The translations under genes were made by a program, and so were the position numbers. From an uncultured Candidatus Poseidoniales archaeon (GTDB lineage: Archaea; Thermoplasmatota; Poseidoniia; Poseidoniales; Poseidoniaceae): a stretch of DNA of 64,000 bases. The first letter of the stretch is position 1. Each line of letters starts with the position of its first letter. The stretch spans positions 7,121 to 71,120 of the forward strand of contig CACLCM010000006.1 of NCBI GenBank assembly GCA_902605365.1. The letters run 5' to 3'. A model generated the notes under the pieces. It ran no database searches and was not told where the DNA came from. It saw nothing but the letters and a program-made list of their open reading frames with translations. Of this stretch, positions 38,974 through 50,000 are shown piece after piece.

Positions 38974-41589
38974 TCACTCATCTTCGGTCTTTGATGAGAT
39001 ATTTAATGTGGTATTAGGAGATTCAACTGGGTTCAACTTTTTCACTGGTTTTAGGACAGCAGTAGCCACTTCACTAGTGGTTTCTCCAGGCTTCATTCCA
39101 GGTAGAGAAGAAGGTGGAGCACCCCTGCGCTTTACTGGATTAAGCACCTTGGTTGTAATTGGCTTGAGTGTAGCAACTTTAGGTTCGGATACTACTTGTA
39201 GAACCTTTAGAGGAGTCAACTTTGCTGTTGGCTGAGTTTCAGCCATCTCATCTGTCATTGCTTCATCTAGGGCCTCTTCAAGAATCTCGTCAATCGATTC
39301 CAGATCTTCTTCTATGCTTGGAGAAATACCCTCATCCTGCGGGTCTTGAGTAAGTTCTAATTCGGAAACTGGCTCTAACTCTGTAGTCGCAACTTCGGGG
39401 GTTTCTTCTAATGCGACTCCTTGTATCTCTAACTTAGGCGTCTCAACAATTGGTTGTGGAATTTCCTCGACTACTGGCTGTAGTATCTCAGGAGATTGAA
39501 CAACAGGCTCTATTGGCTTACGCACAACCTTTGGCATAATTGGTTGAGGCAAATTCGCTGCACGAGCAGGTAAATTCATTCCACCGATTGGAGCCTTTAC
39601 TGGCCTAGCCATTGGTTGAGCGCCACTAAGTGATTTAGCTGTTGAACGAGGAGCTCTCATTCCGGCTAATCCCATAGAAGGCATGTGCTGTGCTGCTGCT
39701 TGAGCCATTGCACCACGCATTGGTCTACCGGCATTGGAACCAATTGGTGTAGGTCTTGCTCCCAATGCACTAGGGTCAATTCCCATCTGAGGTTGTCCTG
39801 CTTTAGTTCCTTCACCAGATATTGCTTGTAACCAAGATTGGCGTTTCTCTGCACGGCTATCCTGTGACTTTAGAGTATCAAACTCTGATTGTTGTTCTGC
39901 TAGACGGTTTTCATCAGCATCAATTTCACTCTGAACCTTTCCTTCAATAGATTCTCTCATCTTGACTTCAGCCATAGAGCGGAAGTCATCCATCTGCTGA
40001 GTTAGTGTGGAGAGTCTGTCTCTTATTTCTGCACGCTTGACACCGAGTTGCGCCTCGATTTCAGCACGTATATTTGCTTCACGCTTTCTGACTTCGATCA
40101 GTGCCTTGTTACGCATTATTTCTTCGCGCTTATCCAGTTGCCTCTCTAATTGAGTTGCAACCTCATCTTCCTTACGAGTTCTAAACTCGGAAAGTCGCTC
40201 TTCCATTTCGGCTTCTAACTCGAGAACGGTTTCTTCTTTGAGAAGGTCCAAATCAGTTTCATGAGTAATTCTTTCATTCCTCAGGCGTCCATCGATTTCG
40301 GACATTATTGCCTTACGAGCTGCTGCCTCTCTAGCATTGAATTCTAATTCTAAACGCTCAGACCAATCGGTCTTCTTTGCATCAAACTTATCCGATAATT
40401 GGTCATGTAATTCTGCCTCTCTTTCATATCTGAAACGAGCAAGTCGGTTTTGAATCTCTGCCTCTCTAGCATTACGATAGGATGCAAACTCTTGATCCAT
40501 TCTAGCTTCTAGTTCTGATTCAATCTCTCCTTCCAATGAACGTGAAATATCGTCAACTGCCTTTGAGAATGTTAAATCGTACTTTTCACGGAGTCTACTC
40601 TTACGAGATGATAATTTCTCTGTGTGCTTGGATTCTAACTGCCTCTCGACCTCGACACGTAATTCTTCTCTACGCCTAGCGACTGCAAGTTCTACATCTT
40701 GGCGCATTCTCTCTTCCAATTCCTTGGTTTCGGAACTGAGCTTAGATTCCAATTCATCTTGAATAGATGCTGCAATATCCTCTTCTAATCGCAAACTACG
40801 ACGCTCATATTCTGCACGCATAGTTGCCTCTCTTTGCTGAAGGCGGAGTTTGAGTTGCTGCTCAAGGCGAGTTCGAATTCCTCGACGAAGCGCTTCTTCT
40901 CTTTCAGAGAGTTTCTGAGATTGAGTTTCTTCTAATCTTTCGATTTCTTTGGATTCCATTTCTTCGAAACGGCTTTCCATTTCACTTTGAATGGTTGATT
41001 CTAAATCACGAATTTTCCTCTGTAGTGCTTGGTTGAAATCAATTTCTAGCCTCTCACGTTGGAAAGAGAGGCGGCGGCGATGCTCTTCAGAAAGTTGGCT
41101 TTCTAATTGAGTAATAACTACAGTTCTGTGCTCCTCAATCTTCCTTTCTTGCTCGACCTCTAAGGATTCTTTCAAAGTCTGAACTTCTCTTTCAAGACGC
41201 ATTTCATGCATCTCTCGAAGACGGATTTCCTCCCTGGTAAGAGTTTCAGATTCTAACAGAGACAGTTCTTCTTCCATCTCACTGCGTAAATCGCTTTCAA
41301 ACGCACTGAGAGTCATTTCATGCTGACGTGAAATATCTGTTGCCATATTATCTTGCATCAAAGAGATTCTTTCAGCCAATGCTTCTCGACGTAATTTGTT
41401 ATCACGTCGAAGTTGTGCTCGAATTTTCTCTTCTTCACGGAATCTAGAGCTTTGCATCAACGTCTGGTCCAATGATGGGGAAGGAGTAGAAGTGAATTGG
41501 GCTCGCAGAGAAGATAGATCAGTATGGCCTGTTCTGCCACCTTTTCTATGCCTCGTACCTGTTCCTGACTTGCTTTCGCTAACACTCAT
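38974..41589 (-). CDS. 871-aa cytoplasmic coiled-coil protein with a Met/Pro/Gly-rich and Pro/Val/Glu-rich C-terminal region, unknown function
   Basis: No signal peptide, TM or Walker motif. About 550 aa of E/R/K/L/Q-rich sequence with recurring [LI]-E-x-[QKE]-[LIMV] punctuation. The C-terminus carries two ATxLKP..K.LNPV motifs. Confidence 0.6.
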   Translation of the reverse strand: MSVSESKSGTGTRHRKGGRTGHTDLSSLRAQFTSTPSPSLDQTLMQSSRFREEEKIRAQLRRDNKLRREALAERISLMQDNMATDISRQHEMTLSAFESDLRSEMEEELSLLESETLTREEIRLREMHEMRLEREVQTLKESLEVEQERKIEEHRTVVITQLESQLSEEHRRRLSFQRERLEIDFNQALQRKIRDLESTIQSEMESRFEEMESKEIERLEETQSQKLSEREEALRRGIRTRLEQQLKLRLQQREATMRAEYERRSLRLEEDIAASIQDELESKLSSETKELEERMRQDVELAVARRREELRVEVERQLESKHTEKLSSRKSRLREKYDLTFSKAVDDISRSLEGEIESELEARMDQEFASYRNAREAEIQNRLARFRYEREAELHDQLSDKFDAKKTDWSERLELEFNAREAAARKAIMSEIDGRLRNERITHETDLDLLKEETVLELEAEMEERLSEFRTRKEDEVATQLERQLDKREEIMRNKALIEVRKREANIRAEIEAQLGVKRAEIRDRLSTLTQQMDDFRSMAEVKMRESIEGKVQSEIDADENRLAEQQSEFDTLKSQDSRAEKRQSWLQAISGEGTKAGQPQMGIDPSALGARPTPIGSNAGRPMRGAMAQAAAQHMPSMGLAGMRAPRSTAKSLSGAQPMARPVKAPIGGMNLPARAANLPQPIMPKVVRKPIEPVVQSPEILQPVVEEIPQPIVETPKLEIQGVALEETPEVATTELEPVSELELTQDPQDEGISPSIEEDLESIDEILEEALDEAMTDEMAETQPTAKLTPLKVLQVVSEPKVATLKPITTKVLNPVKRRGAPPSSLPGMKPGETTSEVATAVLKPVKKLNPVESPNTTLNISSKTEDE

Positions 41590-41690
41590 AGGATCCCCAT
41601 CCAGTTACGGATGCCGTTCTCATGATAGATAAGGTGCGCGATAGTGAACCCTTCTCGCGAGGCGATTTATCCGACTAAAGATGAGCGCCA

Positions 41691-42578
41691 TTATTCACTT
41701 TCTAACAGGGGTTGGTTTTCTTCGACCAATCGTGGTCCTCCGATAATGTAGAACATGGTCCAAAATAACGAGAATGTGAATAAGAACATCGTGAATGCTG
41801 TACCTGACAAATTCTCGCCTGCATCTGATGAATCGGTTAGAGTCATTGCATGAATTACAGCGAATAATAAAGCGGCAAATTGTAGTGTTGAAAGTCTTAA
41901 TTGAATACCAGATTTCAACTTGGACATTTTCCTGTCAGAGATCATTAATCCCCCACAAATAAACAACAATGGCAAGATTATGAAATCAAAGAATGGTTTT
42001 ACTTCCCCTACCCCCCAGCAATATGAGCAATCCCACGCTGTTAGTTCAGGACCATATCCAGATGAAGGTTGTAGCCAAATCAATCCTGCTGCTGAAAGTA
42101 ATACCAACGCACTAGCAGGAGATGATAGGCCGTGGAAATATGGAACATAGCCTCCCTCTTCATGTTGAAACCTTGCTAATCTCAACATTCCGCAAGCAAT
42201 CATCCAGAAACAGGCGATTGCTAAAGATGTGGTCCACAATGGCGATGCTTCACCCATTCGGCCAAACATAGTGAATATAATCAATGCAGGTGCAACACAA
42301 AATGAAATACAATCTGACATAATATCAAGAGAACCACCTAGAATTTGGCGTTTTGAATATCTTCGAGCGATTGGCCCATCAATAATATCACCTAAAGCTG
42401 AAAGTAAAACACACAACATTGCCGCCCAAATATAATCGGTCAATAATCCGCCTTCGTAATACGGCGATTCCATATCTTCAACAGATAATATGACGAAAAC
42501 TATTGCCATGACACCCAATAGTCCATTGACAATAGTAATGTAATCAGCGATACCCATCAACCTGAATGTCGTTTTCAT
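41691..42578 (-). CDS. CDP-alcohol phosphatidyltransferase family (archaetidylserine synthase-like)
   Basis: DGPIARRYSKRQILGGSLDIMSD matches the D-G-x2-A-R-x8-G-x3-D-x3-D signature. Multi-pass membrane protein. Confidence 0.8.
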   Translation of the reverse strand: MKTTFRLMGIADYITIVNGLLGVMAIVFVILSVEDMESPYYEGGLLTDYIWAAMLCVLLSALGDIIDGPIARRYSKRQILGGSLDIMSDCISFCVAPALIIFTMFGRMGEASPLWTTSLAIACFWMIACGMLRLARFQHEEGGYVPYFHGLSSPASALVLLSAAGLIWLQPSSGYGPELTAWDCSYCWGVGEVKPFFDFIILPLLFICGGLMISDRKMSKLKSGIQLRLSTLQFAALLFAVIHAMTLTDSSDAGENLSGTAFTMFLFTFSLFWTMFYIIGGPRLVEENQPLLESE

Positions 42579-42587
42579 CGCTAATCC

Positions 42588-42986
42588 TCAGAATTTAATT
42601 TTGAATTCGGCATCACAGGCCGGGCAAGAAATATCTCGCTCTCCTGGCCTTTTGTTCATGCGAAGTACGCGATCGCACTTTGGACATGCAACCTCAATTT
42701 TCGGACGATGGGGTTTGAGAACGAAATGTGAACCACAGGATGAGCATTGAAGATTTGCTGGCCTTTTGTCAACTCCACAAACTAAGACTTTAGAGCATTC
42801 AGGACAACTGACTTTCTCTTCTCTCCATTTACGCCTAGTACCCTCATGTTCAACATTCACTTCGGCGTCACACATGACACATTTGATGACGCCAAGGCCA
42901 CTTGGCAGAAGGTGGTTGCAACGTGGGCAAGTCAAATCCGGTGGTGAAATCCTTGACTCAACACCTGGTGTTTCTTCATCCGACAT
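42588..42986 (-). CDS. triple zinc-ribbon protein (three CPxC-x11-14-CxxC units)
   Basis: CPRC..CVMC, CPEC..CSSC and CPKC..CPAC. The track start at 43031 is ATT, so I moved the start to ATG 42986. Confidence 0.6.
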   Translation of the reverse strand: MSDEETPGVESRISPPDLTCPRCNHLLPSGLGVIKCVMCDAEVNVEHEGTRRKWREEKVSCPECSKVLVCGVDKRPANLQCSSCGSHFVLKPHRPKIEVACPKCDRVLRMNKRPGERDISCPACDAEFKIKF

Positions 42987-43027
42987 AATCAGTACCAACC
43001 TGTTTTCATTATTGACCGCTTCACCAA

Positions 43028-43447
43028 TCAATTCTTTCTTCCTGTAATTTCAAGACTCTCAAGAGTTGCTGAATCTAATTCGAGTGTGTTGCCAGACATC
43101 TGAGCCAACTCACGAAGCATGTTCCTAGCTGCTGCCTGAACCCTTGGATTTGTTAGGTCGATTGAACCTAACGAGTTGTCTGACGAAGTTGCGCTTCCAT
43201 CACTTGGCAATGGCACTCTATCCATTACACACCACCAACGAGTACGTCCCTCGTCCCTGTGATTCATAACCAATCCAAGAGACTCAAGTTTTCTTAGATG
43301 GTGATAAAGATTGTAGCGGTCAACAGCAACCAATTTCTGAAGTTGTACTGTAGTGAATTCGTCTGCGTCTAAAAGGGCAACATAAAGGGCGCGGCGAGTA
43401 GGATGCATCAAAGAAGTACTGACCGGGTCTGCATGAATTCTAGCCAT
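43028..43447 (-). CDS. ArsR-family winged-helix transcriptional regulator
   Basis: HPTRRALYVALLDADEFTTVQLQKLVAVDRYNLYHHLRKLESLGLV. Confidence 0.75.
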   Translation of the reverse strand: MARIHADPVSTSLMHPTRRALYVALLDADEFTTVQLQKLVAVDRYNLYHHLRKLESLGLVMNHRDEGRTRWWCVMDRVPLPSDGSATSSDNSLGSIDLTNPRVQAAARNMLRELAQMSGNTLELDSATLESLEITGRKN

Positions 43448-43511
43448 CTCTATCCTACCGTTGATTAGGCCTTAGCGCCTATGAGGCTTGAAGGTAGCGT
43501 TTGTTTTACTA

Positions 43512-46106
43512 TCAAAACGGGGTCAATAATGACCTATACGCGTTAATGGTACCTGTCCAAATCGACTTTCCAATATCGGCAATCAGTACAAGAGTTCCTC
43601 CAGTTCCCGACAGTCTTGCTCCATTGATTATTACACCGATTACACTCAACTCATGAACGAGAACGCCGAAGGCTAGATTATCATTTATTCCAGACAACAC
43701 TGCATACACGAGCAGCATCGTTACCAGAACAGAATATACGATATTAGAAATTAAAACTGAATGAGTTCGCTTTGCTAGAGAAAGAAGGTCTGATATCAGA
43801 CGAGGGTCATCACCCGGAATCAAAACATCTGCTGCATCTAAATTAGCAGACTCTCCTGTTCCGATTGCAATACCGATATCAGCAGCAGCCATTGCTGCAG
43901 CGTCATTGAACCCATCACCAACCATCATTGTGATATGGGTTTTTGAACGGTCTTGGACCCATTTGACTTTTCCTTCAGGAGTCATTTCTCCGCGGGCTGC
44001 AGATTCTGGAACACCGATACTCTTGGCCAATGCATTTACTGCATCTTGGTTATCTCCAGACAATATCTCAACATTAACTCCTTGAGAATATAATGTCTTT
44101 ACCAATTCATCTGTACCCTCTCTTAGATCATCATGTATGAAGGTAAATAGAGCCACAGGTTTGTCCTCTTTGAGAAGAAGACTTGCTCCATGTCCCGCAC
44201 TTAGTGCTTCATTTAATGCTTTGAGAAGTTTACCTGAAACCAATGATTTGTCGGCCCTAATGAATGATACATTAGAATCTTTGATTTGGCCATGGACTCC
44301 ATTTTCTTTGTCAGAAATATTTTCGACTTCTGTGGGGTGGATTTCTTCTTTTTCTGCTAAAGCGATTATTGCTTGAGCATATGGATGATTTGAAGATGCT
44401 TCTAATCCAACCGCTAGAGCAATCGCTGCTTCTTTCCTGCGACCACGAGCAAGAGTGATTTCACCAATCCTTGGTTTTCCTGATGTAAGTGTTCCCGTCT
44501 TATCCAACAACACTAAGTTGACTTTCGATAATCCCTCAAGAACATCTCCGCCTCGAGCAATTGCCCCCGATTTTGCCGCTTTTGAAATGCTAGCAGCATG
44601 AGGTACAGGAGATGCTAGGAGAAGGGCGCAAGGACAAGCAACCACCCATAGTAAGAGGATTATCTTCCAATCCTGATTTGGCTGTACTGCCCAAGCCAAA
44701 ACTGCTCCAATCAATACTACAGGAACCCAAATTGCTGTGAAATTTTCCAATGCCCCTTGCAGTCTAGTAGGCTTTTCTTTGAATAAATGGACCTTGTCAA
44801 TCAGTTCAGAAAGTCTAGTGTCTTCTCCTACAGCAGTCACTTCGATTGTAACAGGTCCGCGTGCTAATGTCAATCCAGCCTGAAGTTCGTCTCCACTCGA
44901 TACGTCTTCAGGAACCGATTCTCCAGTAAGTGGAGCGCGATTTATTGAACCGGTACCTGAAACTATTATTCCATCAGCTGGAATCAATTCTCCACTTCGA
45001 ATTTCTAAATGGTCACCCTCCATTACTAATCCAATAGGAATCTCTTCAATTTCTTTGTTGGGTAATGCAGCAGGTGCAGATAATACTGGGCCTGATACGA
45101 TTGAAAAGTTGCTGAAGTTTTTCTGAGGAAGACGTCTTGCTTTTCGAGGAAGTCTGTCTAGACCACCTTGCATAGCCTCTCTCGCTTTGATTAGAGCCTC
45201 CCCCTCCATATGTTCAGTCCAAGATACTAGAATAATTACCATCAGTGCTTCTTCCCAAGCTTGTAGAACTGATGCTCCAATTACGGCCAAAGAAGTGAGA
45301 ACTTGGAATCCTAATTGGCGGTTTTGAATCGATGCCCATGCTTTGGTAAACATTGTGTAACCACCAAATATTACTCCTAAAAGACCAAATGAACCAATCA
45401 CCCATGGATTATCAGTGATAAAATCGCAGATAAATACCAACATGAGCATTACAAATGCCAATCCTGAACCGATCATCCTCCATTCACCAGAAGTTAATCT
45501 CTTAATTGAGGTCGTTACCAAACGATAATCTGCCCCTATTACATTACGAATTGATGATTCCATGGCCTTTTGTAATTCACTGGACAAATTTGGAACGACT
45601 TGAATAATAATATATCCTTCTTTTTCAATTTCACAATTTAGAACTCCAGGTTGGCGACGGAAAATACGAGGGAGATTCTTGACTGAGGTCGAATGTCTAG
45701 CAGCGACATCACTTGCTTTGACACCTTCGATTTCCATGAACGGAATATCTGGCCCGTTTCCAAGGGAACTCAAAATAGCGGACGCTTGCGAAATGTTTCC
45801 TTTCTCAAAATCGATATCAATTGTTACTGTTCCTTCTGTTGCACTTACAAGCGAAGTATTCACTAGATCTAAACGATTTAGAGCATCCATTGCTACTGAT
45901 GCGCAATGAGGACAATCCATGTCTTGAATAGGCCAACATATAGTGTGGGTGCCACTATAATCACCAATAACTTCCATATCGATTACTTCGGCGTCGATTG
46001 CTTCTGATGAAACAGAGGAGGAACTACGAGTTTGCCGAGGCACCTCTGGTGTTGGTGCATCATCCCCTTCTTCTAGGGACAAAAAGTCTTCAGAGTCTCC
46101 CAGCAC
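43512..46106 (-). CDS. heavy-metal translocating P1B-type ATPase, metal specificity unclear
   Basis: HMA domain with CPHC, TM CPC motif (VVACPCALLLASP), DKTGTLT and GDGFNDAAAM. The start at 46106 is GTG and uncertain. Confidence 0.9.
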   Translation of the reverse strand: MLGDSEDFLSLEEGDDAPTPEVPRQTRSSSSVSSEAIDAEVIDMEVIGDYSGTHTICWPIQDMDCPHCASVAMDALNRLDLVNTSLVSATEGTVTIDIDFEKGNISQASAILSSLGNGPDIPFMEIEGVKASDVAARHSTSVKNLPRIFRRQPGVLNCEIEKEGYIIIQVVPNLSSELQKAMESSIRNVIGADYRLVTTSIKRLTSGEWRMIGSGLAFVMLMLVFICDFITDNPWVIGSFGLLGVIFGGYTMFTKAWASIQNRQLGFQVLTSLAVIGASVLQAWEEALMVIILVSWTEHMEGEALIKAREAMQGGLDRLPRKARRLPQKNFSNFSIVSGPVLSAPAALPNKEIEEIPIGLVMEGDHLEIRSGELIPADGIIVSGTGSINRAPLTGESVPEDVSSGDELQAGLTLARGPVTIEVTAVGEDTRLSELIDKVHLFKEKPTRLQGALENFTAIWVPVVLIGAVLAWAVQPNQDWKIILLLWVVACPCALLLASPVPHAASISKAAKSGAIARGGDVLEGLSKVNLVLLDKTGTLTSGKPRIGEITLARGRRKEAAIALAVGLEASSNHPYAQAIIALAEKEEIHPTEVENISDKENGVHGQIKDSNVSFIRADKSLVSGKLLKALNEALSAGHGASLLLKEDKPVALFTFIHDDLREGTDELVKTLYSQGVNVEILSGDNQDAVNALAKSIGVPESAARGEMTPEGKVKWVQDRSKTHITMMVGDGFNDAAAMAAADIGIAIGTGESANLDAADVLIPGDDPRLISDLLSLAKRTHSVLISNIVYSVLVTMLLVYAVLSGINDNLAFGVLVHELSVIGVIINGARLSGTGGTLVLIADIGKSIWTGTINAYRSLLTPF

Positions 46107-46181
46107 AAACTAAGGCACTCATTCATCGGTCATGAAGGCTCGTATAGTAAGCGTATTGAATAACACCATCAAGGGGATATT

Positions 46182-46907
46182 ATGCAGTGGTTACCACAAG
46201 GATGGATTCCGAAAGCGATTGCTGTCGATATCGACGGAACTCTTACAGATTCCAACAAGGAGATCTATCTAGAAGCAATCGAAGCATTGCGACGCTTAGA
46301 AGCCGCTGGTATTCCAATCATCTTAGCAACAGGAAATGTTCGAGCAATAACATATGGATTATGGAGGTTCATTGGTGCAACAGGCCCTATGGTGTGTGAA
46401 AATGGAGGCGTAGTTTGGCACCCAGACTGGGATGAACCAATCGTACGTGCAGATGGTTCTAGGGCTCGTAAAGCAGGTCAGATGTTAGAGGATAAATTAG
46501 GTATTGATTCGAGAGGGATTACAACAAATGCTTGGAGAGAGTCAGAATGGTGCCTATTCCCTGATGAAAATTTAGAAGATGTAGCCGAATTGATTTCCAA
46601 GAGTGAATTTTCAGATTTGTCTGTGGTTAAAACTGGTTTTGCGATTCACTTAATGGAACCTCATTTATCCAAGGGTGAAGGTTTGTCAATAGCTCTCGAA
46701 AAAATGAACCTTGACCCGAGTGAAATCTTAGCAATTGGGGATGCGCCAAATGATATTTCAATGTTCAAACTAGTTGGGCATAGCGTCGCAGTAGGCGGAT
46801 GCTTTGAAGAATTAGCCGCTGTTTCAAAGGTTATTTCACCACATCCGCACGGTGAAACATTTCCACCTTTGGTAGATGCAATTCTAGGTGAAACTAACGA
46901 TAAATAG
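46182..46907 (+). CDS. HAD-superfamily IIB hydrolase (archaeal phosphoglycolate phosphatase / SPP-like)
   Basis: AVDIDGTLTD, ILATGN and GDAPNDISMF. Confidence 0.8.
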   Translation: MQWLPQGWIPKAIAVDIDGTLTDSNKEIYLEAIEALRRLEAAGIPIILATGNVRAITYGLWRFIGATGPMVCENGGVVWHPDWDEPIVRADGSRARKAGQMLEDKLGIDSRGITTNAWRESEWCLFPDENLEDVAELISKSEFSDLSVVKTGFAIHLMEPHLSKGEGLSIALEKMNLDPSEILAIGDAPNDISMFKLVGHSVAVGGCFEELAAVSKVISPHPHGETFPPLVDAILGETNDK

Positions 46908-46912
46908 TTAGA

Positions 46913-46994
46913 TGCCGGAGGTAGGATTTGAACCTACGAAGCATTTCGCAGCGCATCTTGAGTGCGCCCCCTTTGACCACTCGGGTACTCCGGC
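46913..46994 (-). tRNA. tRNA-Leu (anticodon CAA), no encoded CCA
   Basis: Folded by hand from the reverse complement. Acceptor GCCGGAG/CTCCGGC. Anticodon arm GCGCA-CTCAAGA-TGCGC. Long variable arm. T arm GTAGG-TTCAAAT-CCTAC. Discriminator A. Confidence 0.9.
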
Positions 46995-47022
46995 TACAGC
47001 CCTGCGCCGAGTTCATCAAACA

Positions 47023-50000
47023 TCATTCTTCCTCATCGAAAGGAAGAGGTTGATTTCTTCGTACGTTAGCAAGAATTAGCAATAAACCTGCAATAAATAC
47101 CGACAAAACCGCTAGCCCTAACATGGTACTTTGAGAATTTGCAGATTCATCGACTTCATTTTTGACATCAGAAATTGGGATTGGTACAGCTGGTTGATTA
47201 TCTATACGAACCGATAAGCCGAGGTCTCCCTCTTTCCAAGCCTCAATTTCGAAAGTATGACCTGTTTGAGTATTGCCGGTTAAATTGAGGAATAATTGAT
47301 CTAAGGTTTGTCCGTCACCATCCAACAATACAATTTGTGAACTTCCATCGATCAAACCAATATTAGAAATTACAACATCAACCGAAATTATGTCACCGAC
47401 ATTTGGACGATATGGTGTAACTATAATTTCGCCTAAGATTGGCTCATATGCCATCCACTGAATCAAGGTATATATCGGGTCAATATCGCTTGTCCCGCCC
47501 CCTTCTATCGACTGGCCTGAGGCATCGCTTCCATCAAACCAGACTATGATTCCATCACCCTTTCGTAAATCGGATGAAGTGTTCATATCAACGACTGCTG
47601 AGTACAAATTTGACCTGACACTTTCGAATTGTACTGGAATTGTAACACTTCCAGATGTTCCTTCAACCAATCGGCCTTGTCGAATGAAATTCCAATGCAT
47701 CACAATTGGTTCTGAGTTCAATCCGTGACCATCTTGCATAGTAACTTCGATTGGAACTTCATCTAACTCGTCAGAATCTGCAATTACCAAATAGCCACTA
47801 GAAACAGTAATCGTTGGAATAGAATCATCGATAACTACGTCTGCTAAATCCCCAGTACGATTGTGGCCAGGAAGAGAATTAAGGTCAACTAAGACCTTGA
47901 TTTGAGAACCATAGTATGCTGAGTCGAAAACTATTCTATTGGTAGAACTACCGTCACTATTGAAAGAATTAGTGAATACTGTTGAATTGTTATTACCTAT
48001 CAATTGAATGACATATGATGTACTGAACGGCAAATTGTTAGCAGGGATTTCGTAACCCATATGATAGGCTAATACCTCAATATCGACAATGTCTTGGGCT
48101 TGAAGATAGACGACTTTGTCTTCGAAATCTCCTAACGGTGCAACCTTATCTTGAATATCTATTATCTGTAAATCAATTCCACTATGGATAGCCCATGATA
48201 GAACATCGATAGATGTGAAGCCAGCTCCTAATGGGGCATTCTCATCCCAAATTCTCAACGAAGGAGTTTGCTCTAAGGAACCTATGTCTTCCTCTAAATC
48301 CCACCTTAATTCAAAGTCGATTAAAACGTCCCATGTGTTAGTTTGCCAATGTTTGTTAGATTGAATCGAAGGAGGTTTGATGAAACATCCTACGTCATGT
48401 ATTATTTGGCCACTCCATGGAATCCATTCGATATCACATCTATTCTCATCTTTTGCTAAGTCTAAACGGATTGAATCTATCGATTCTATTCCGTTGTCAT
48501 CAGAAATTGTGAAATTAAAGCGGTGTGTATTACCTGGAAGAAGATAATTGTCGACTCTATCAAGGTTCAGAGAGTCACCACTTATCCACGTAGCATACCT
48601 TGGTTGTACGTTTATTCGAGCGTATGGTTCATCAAAATCACCAGCATTTTCAATTGGGTTACCTGCTAAATCATTTCCAACAATGAATACATCTAACCAA
48701 CCTGTTTCTTCACCAGGTAGAGGGACTGATGCCTCATCAATCAATGGTAAATCGATCACAGCAGAAGTAGAACCAAGTGGCGTGAGGAAGTTTATCGATT
48801 CCCATCCACGACCACTCCTATTGTAGAATAATTCCATTGTGGAAGGTAATCCATTATCATCGCTAATATGCAGTTGTAGAGGTATATCTTGCCCCATGTG
48901 CCAGATATGGCCATCTGCCAATTGATTACCCCCTGGTGCATTGACTTCGAGTGCGATTACCTCTGCATTGATAGAATCTAAAACAAATCTAATCTCTTGG
49001 GATGCAGATGTTACATCATTTGCGTTATTGGATTGCTCCTCGCCGATGCCAACGATTGAAGGTATTATTTTCAATTGACTACCACTCATCGATTGTAGAT
49101 TAGGACTGGACATTGTTGTATTAAAAATCCCGAATTCATCAACGGTTACAGAATTAGAAATGACTTCGGTTTCATCGTCAAACATACTTACAATCAAATC
49201 AACATCTTGAGGTAATGGATGAATCCCATTTAATCCAGAAAACCTCACTTCGCCAGAAATTATAATTTCTTGATCGGCTTTAACATTCAATGGCCATAAT
49301 GGGTCTGCGAAGTCATGTAAAGAGCGATTGTCAGACCAAGCCCTCAATTCAATAACTTCGAGGTCGTTAGTAGATGCTGCATGTTGTCCAGAACCTGAAA
49401 TTCCCATTACAGGACCTAAGGAAAAGTTCTCACCATTGATACCGGTAACAAACCAATAAAGTCTAGAGTAGTCATCTAGTAACCATTTTGATTCGAAGGA
49501 CCATGTGACATTTTCTCCATCCCAGCTACTGTTAGTGGAATCAAGAGACAATACTCCTGCTCCGGAGTTCTGGATGAAACGGCCCCCATTCGCAAGGTTA
49601 TCTATCGTCACTTCAGCAATTACTCCTGATAATTGAGGTCCAGTAGATATTTTCAGATTGACCGAATCTAAATCAGGTGTATTTTGTAAAATCTGGTGAT
49701 TTGAAATTGCTTGTTGAGTAAATCCTGGCCTAAAGGTATCATTTGGCAGATCAACCCATGAATCGACTATTGCCTTCTCATGGTCAATTGCTCCATCGAA
49801 TTTCACTCCTCCTCTTTGGGCACTTATCATAACTGGAAGAGTCGATGTGCCATCTTCATTCGGTGTTAGGAAATCAGATAGAGAATGATTCAAGATAATT
49901 GAATGGTTGAAACCTGAAAAATAATTGATTGACAGTAATGAAAAAGATGTGGATTGATTTGCTATGAAAGTAAATCTATACTCGGACATGTGGTGGGAGA

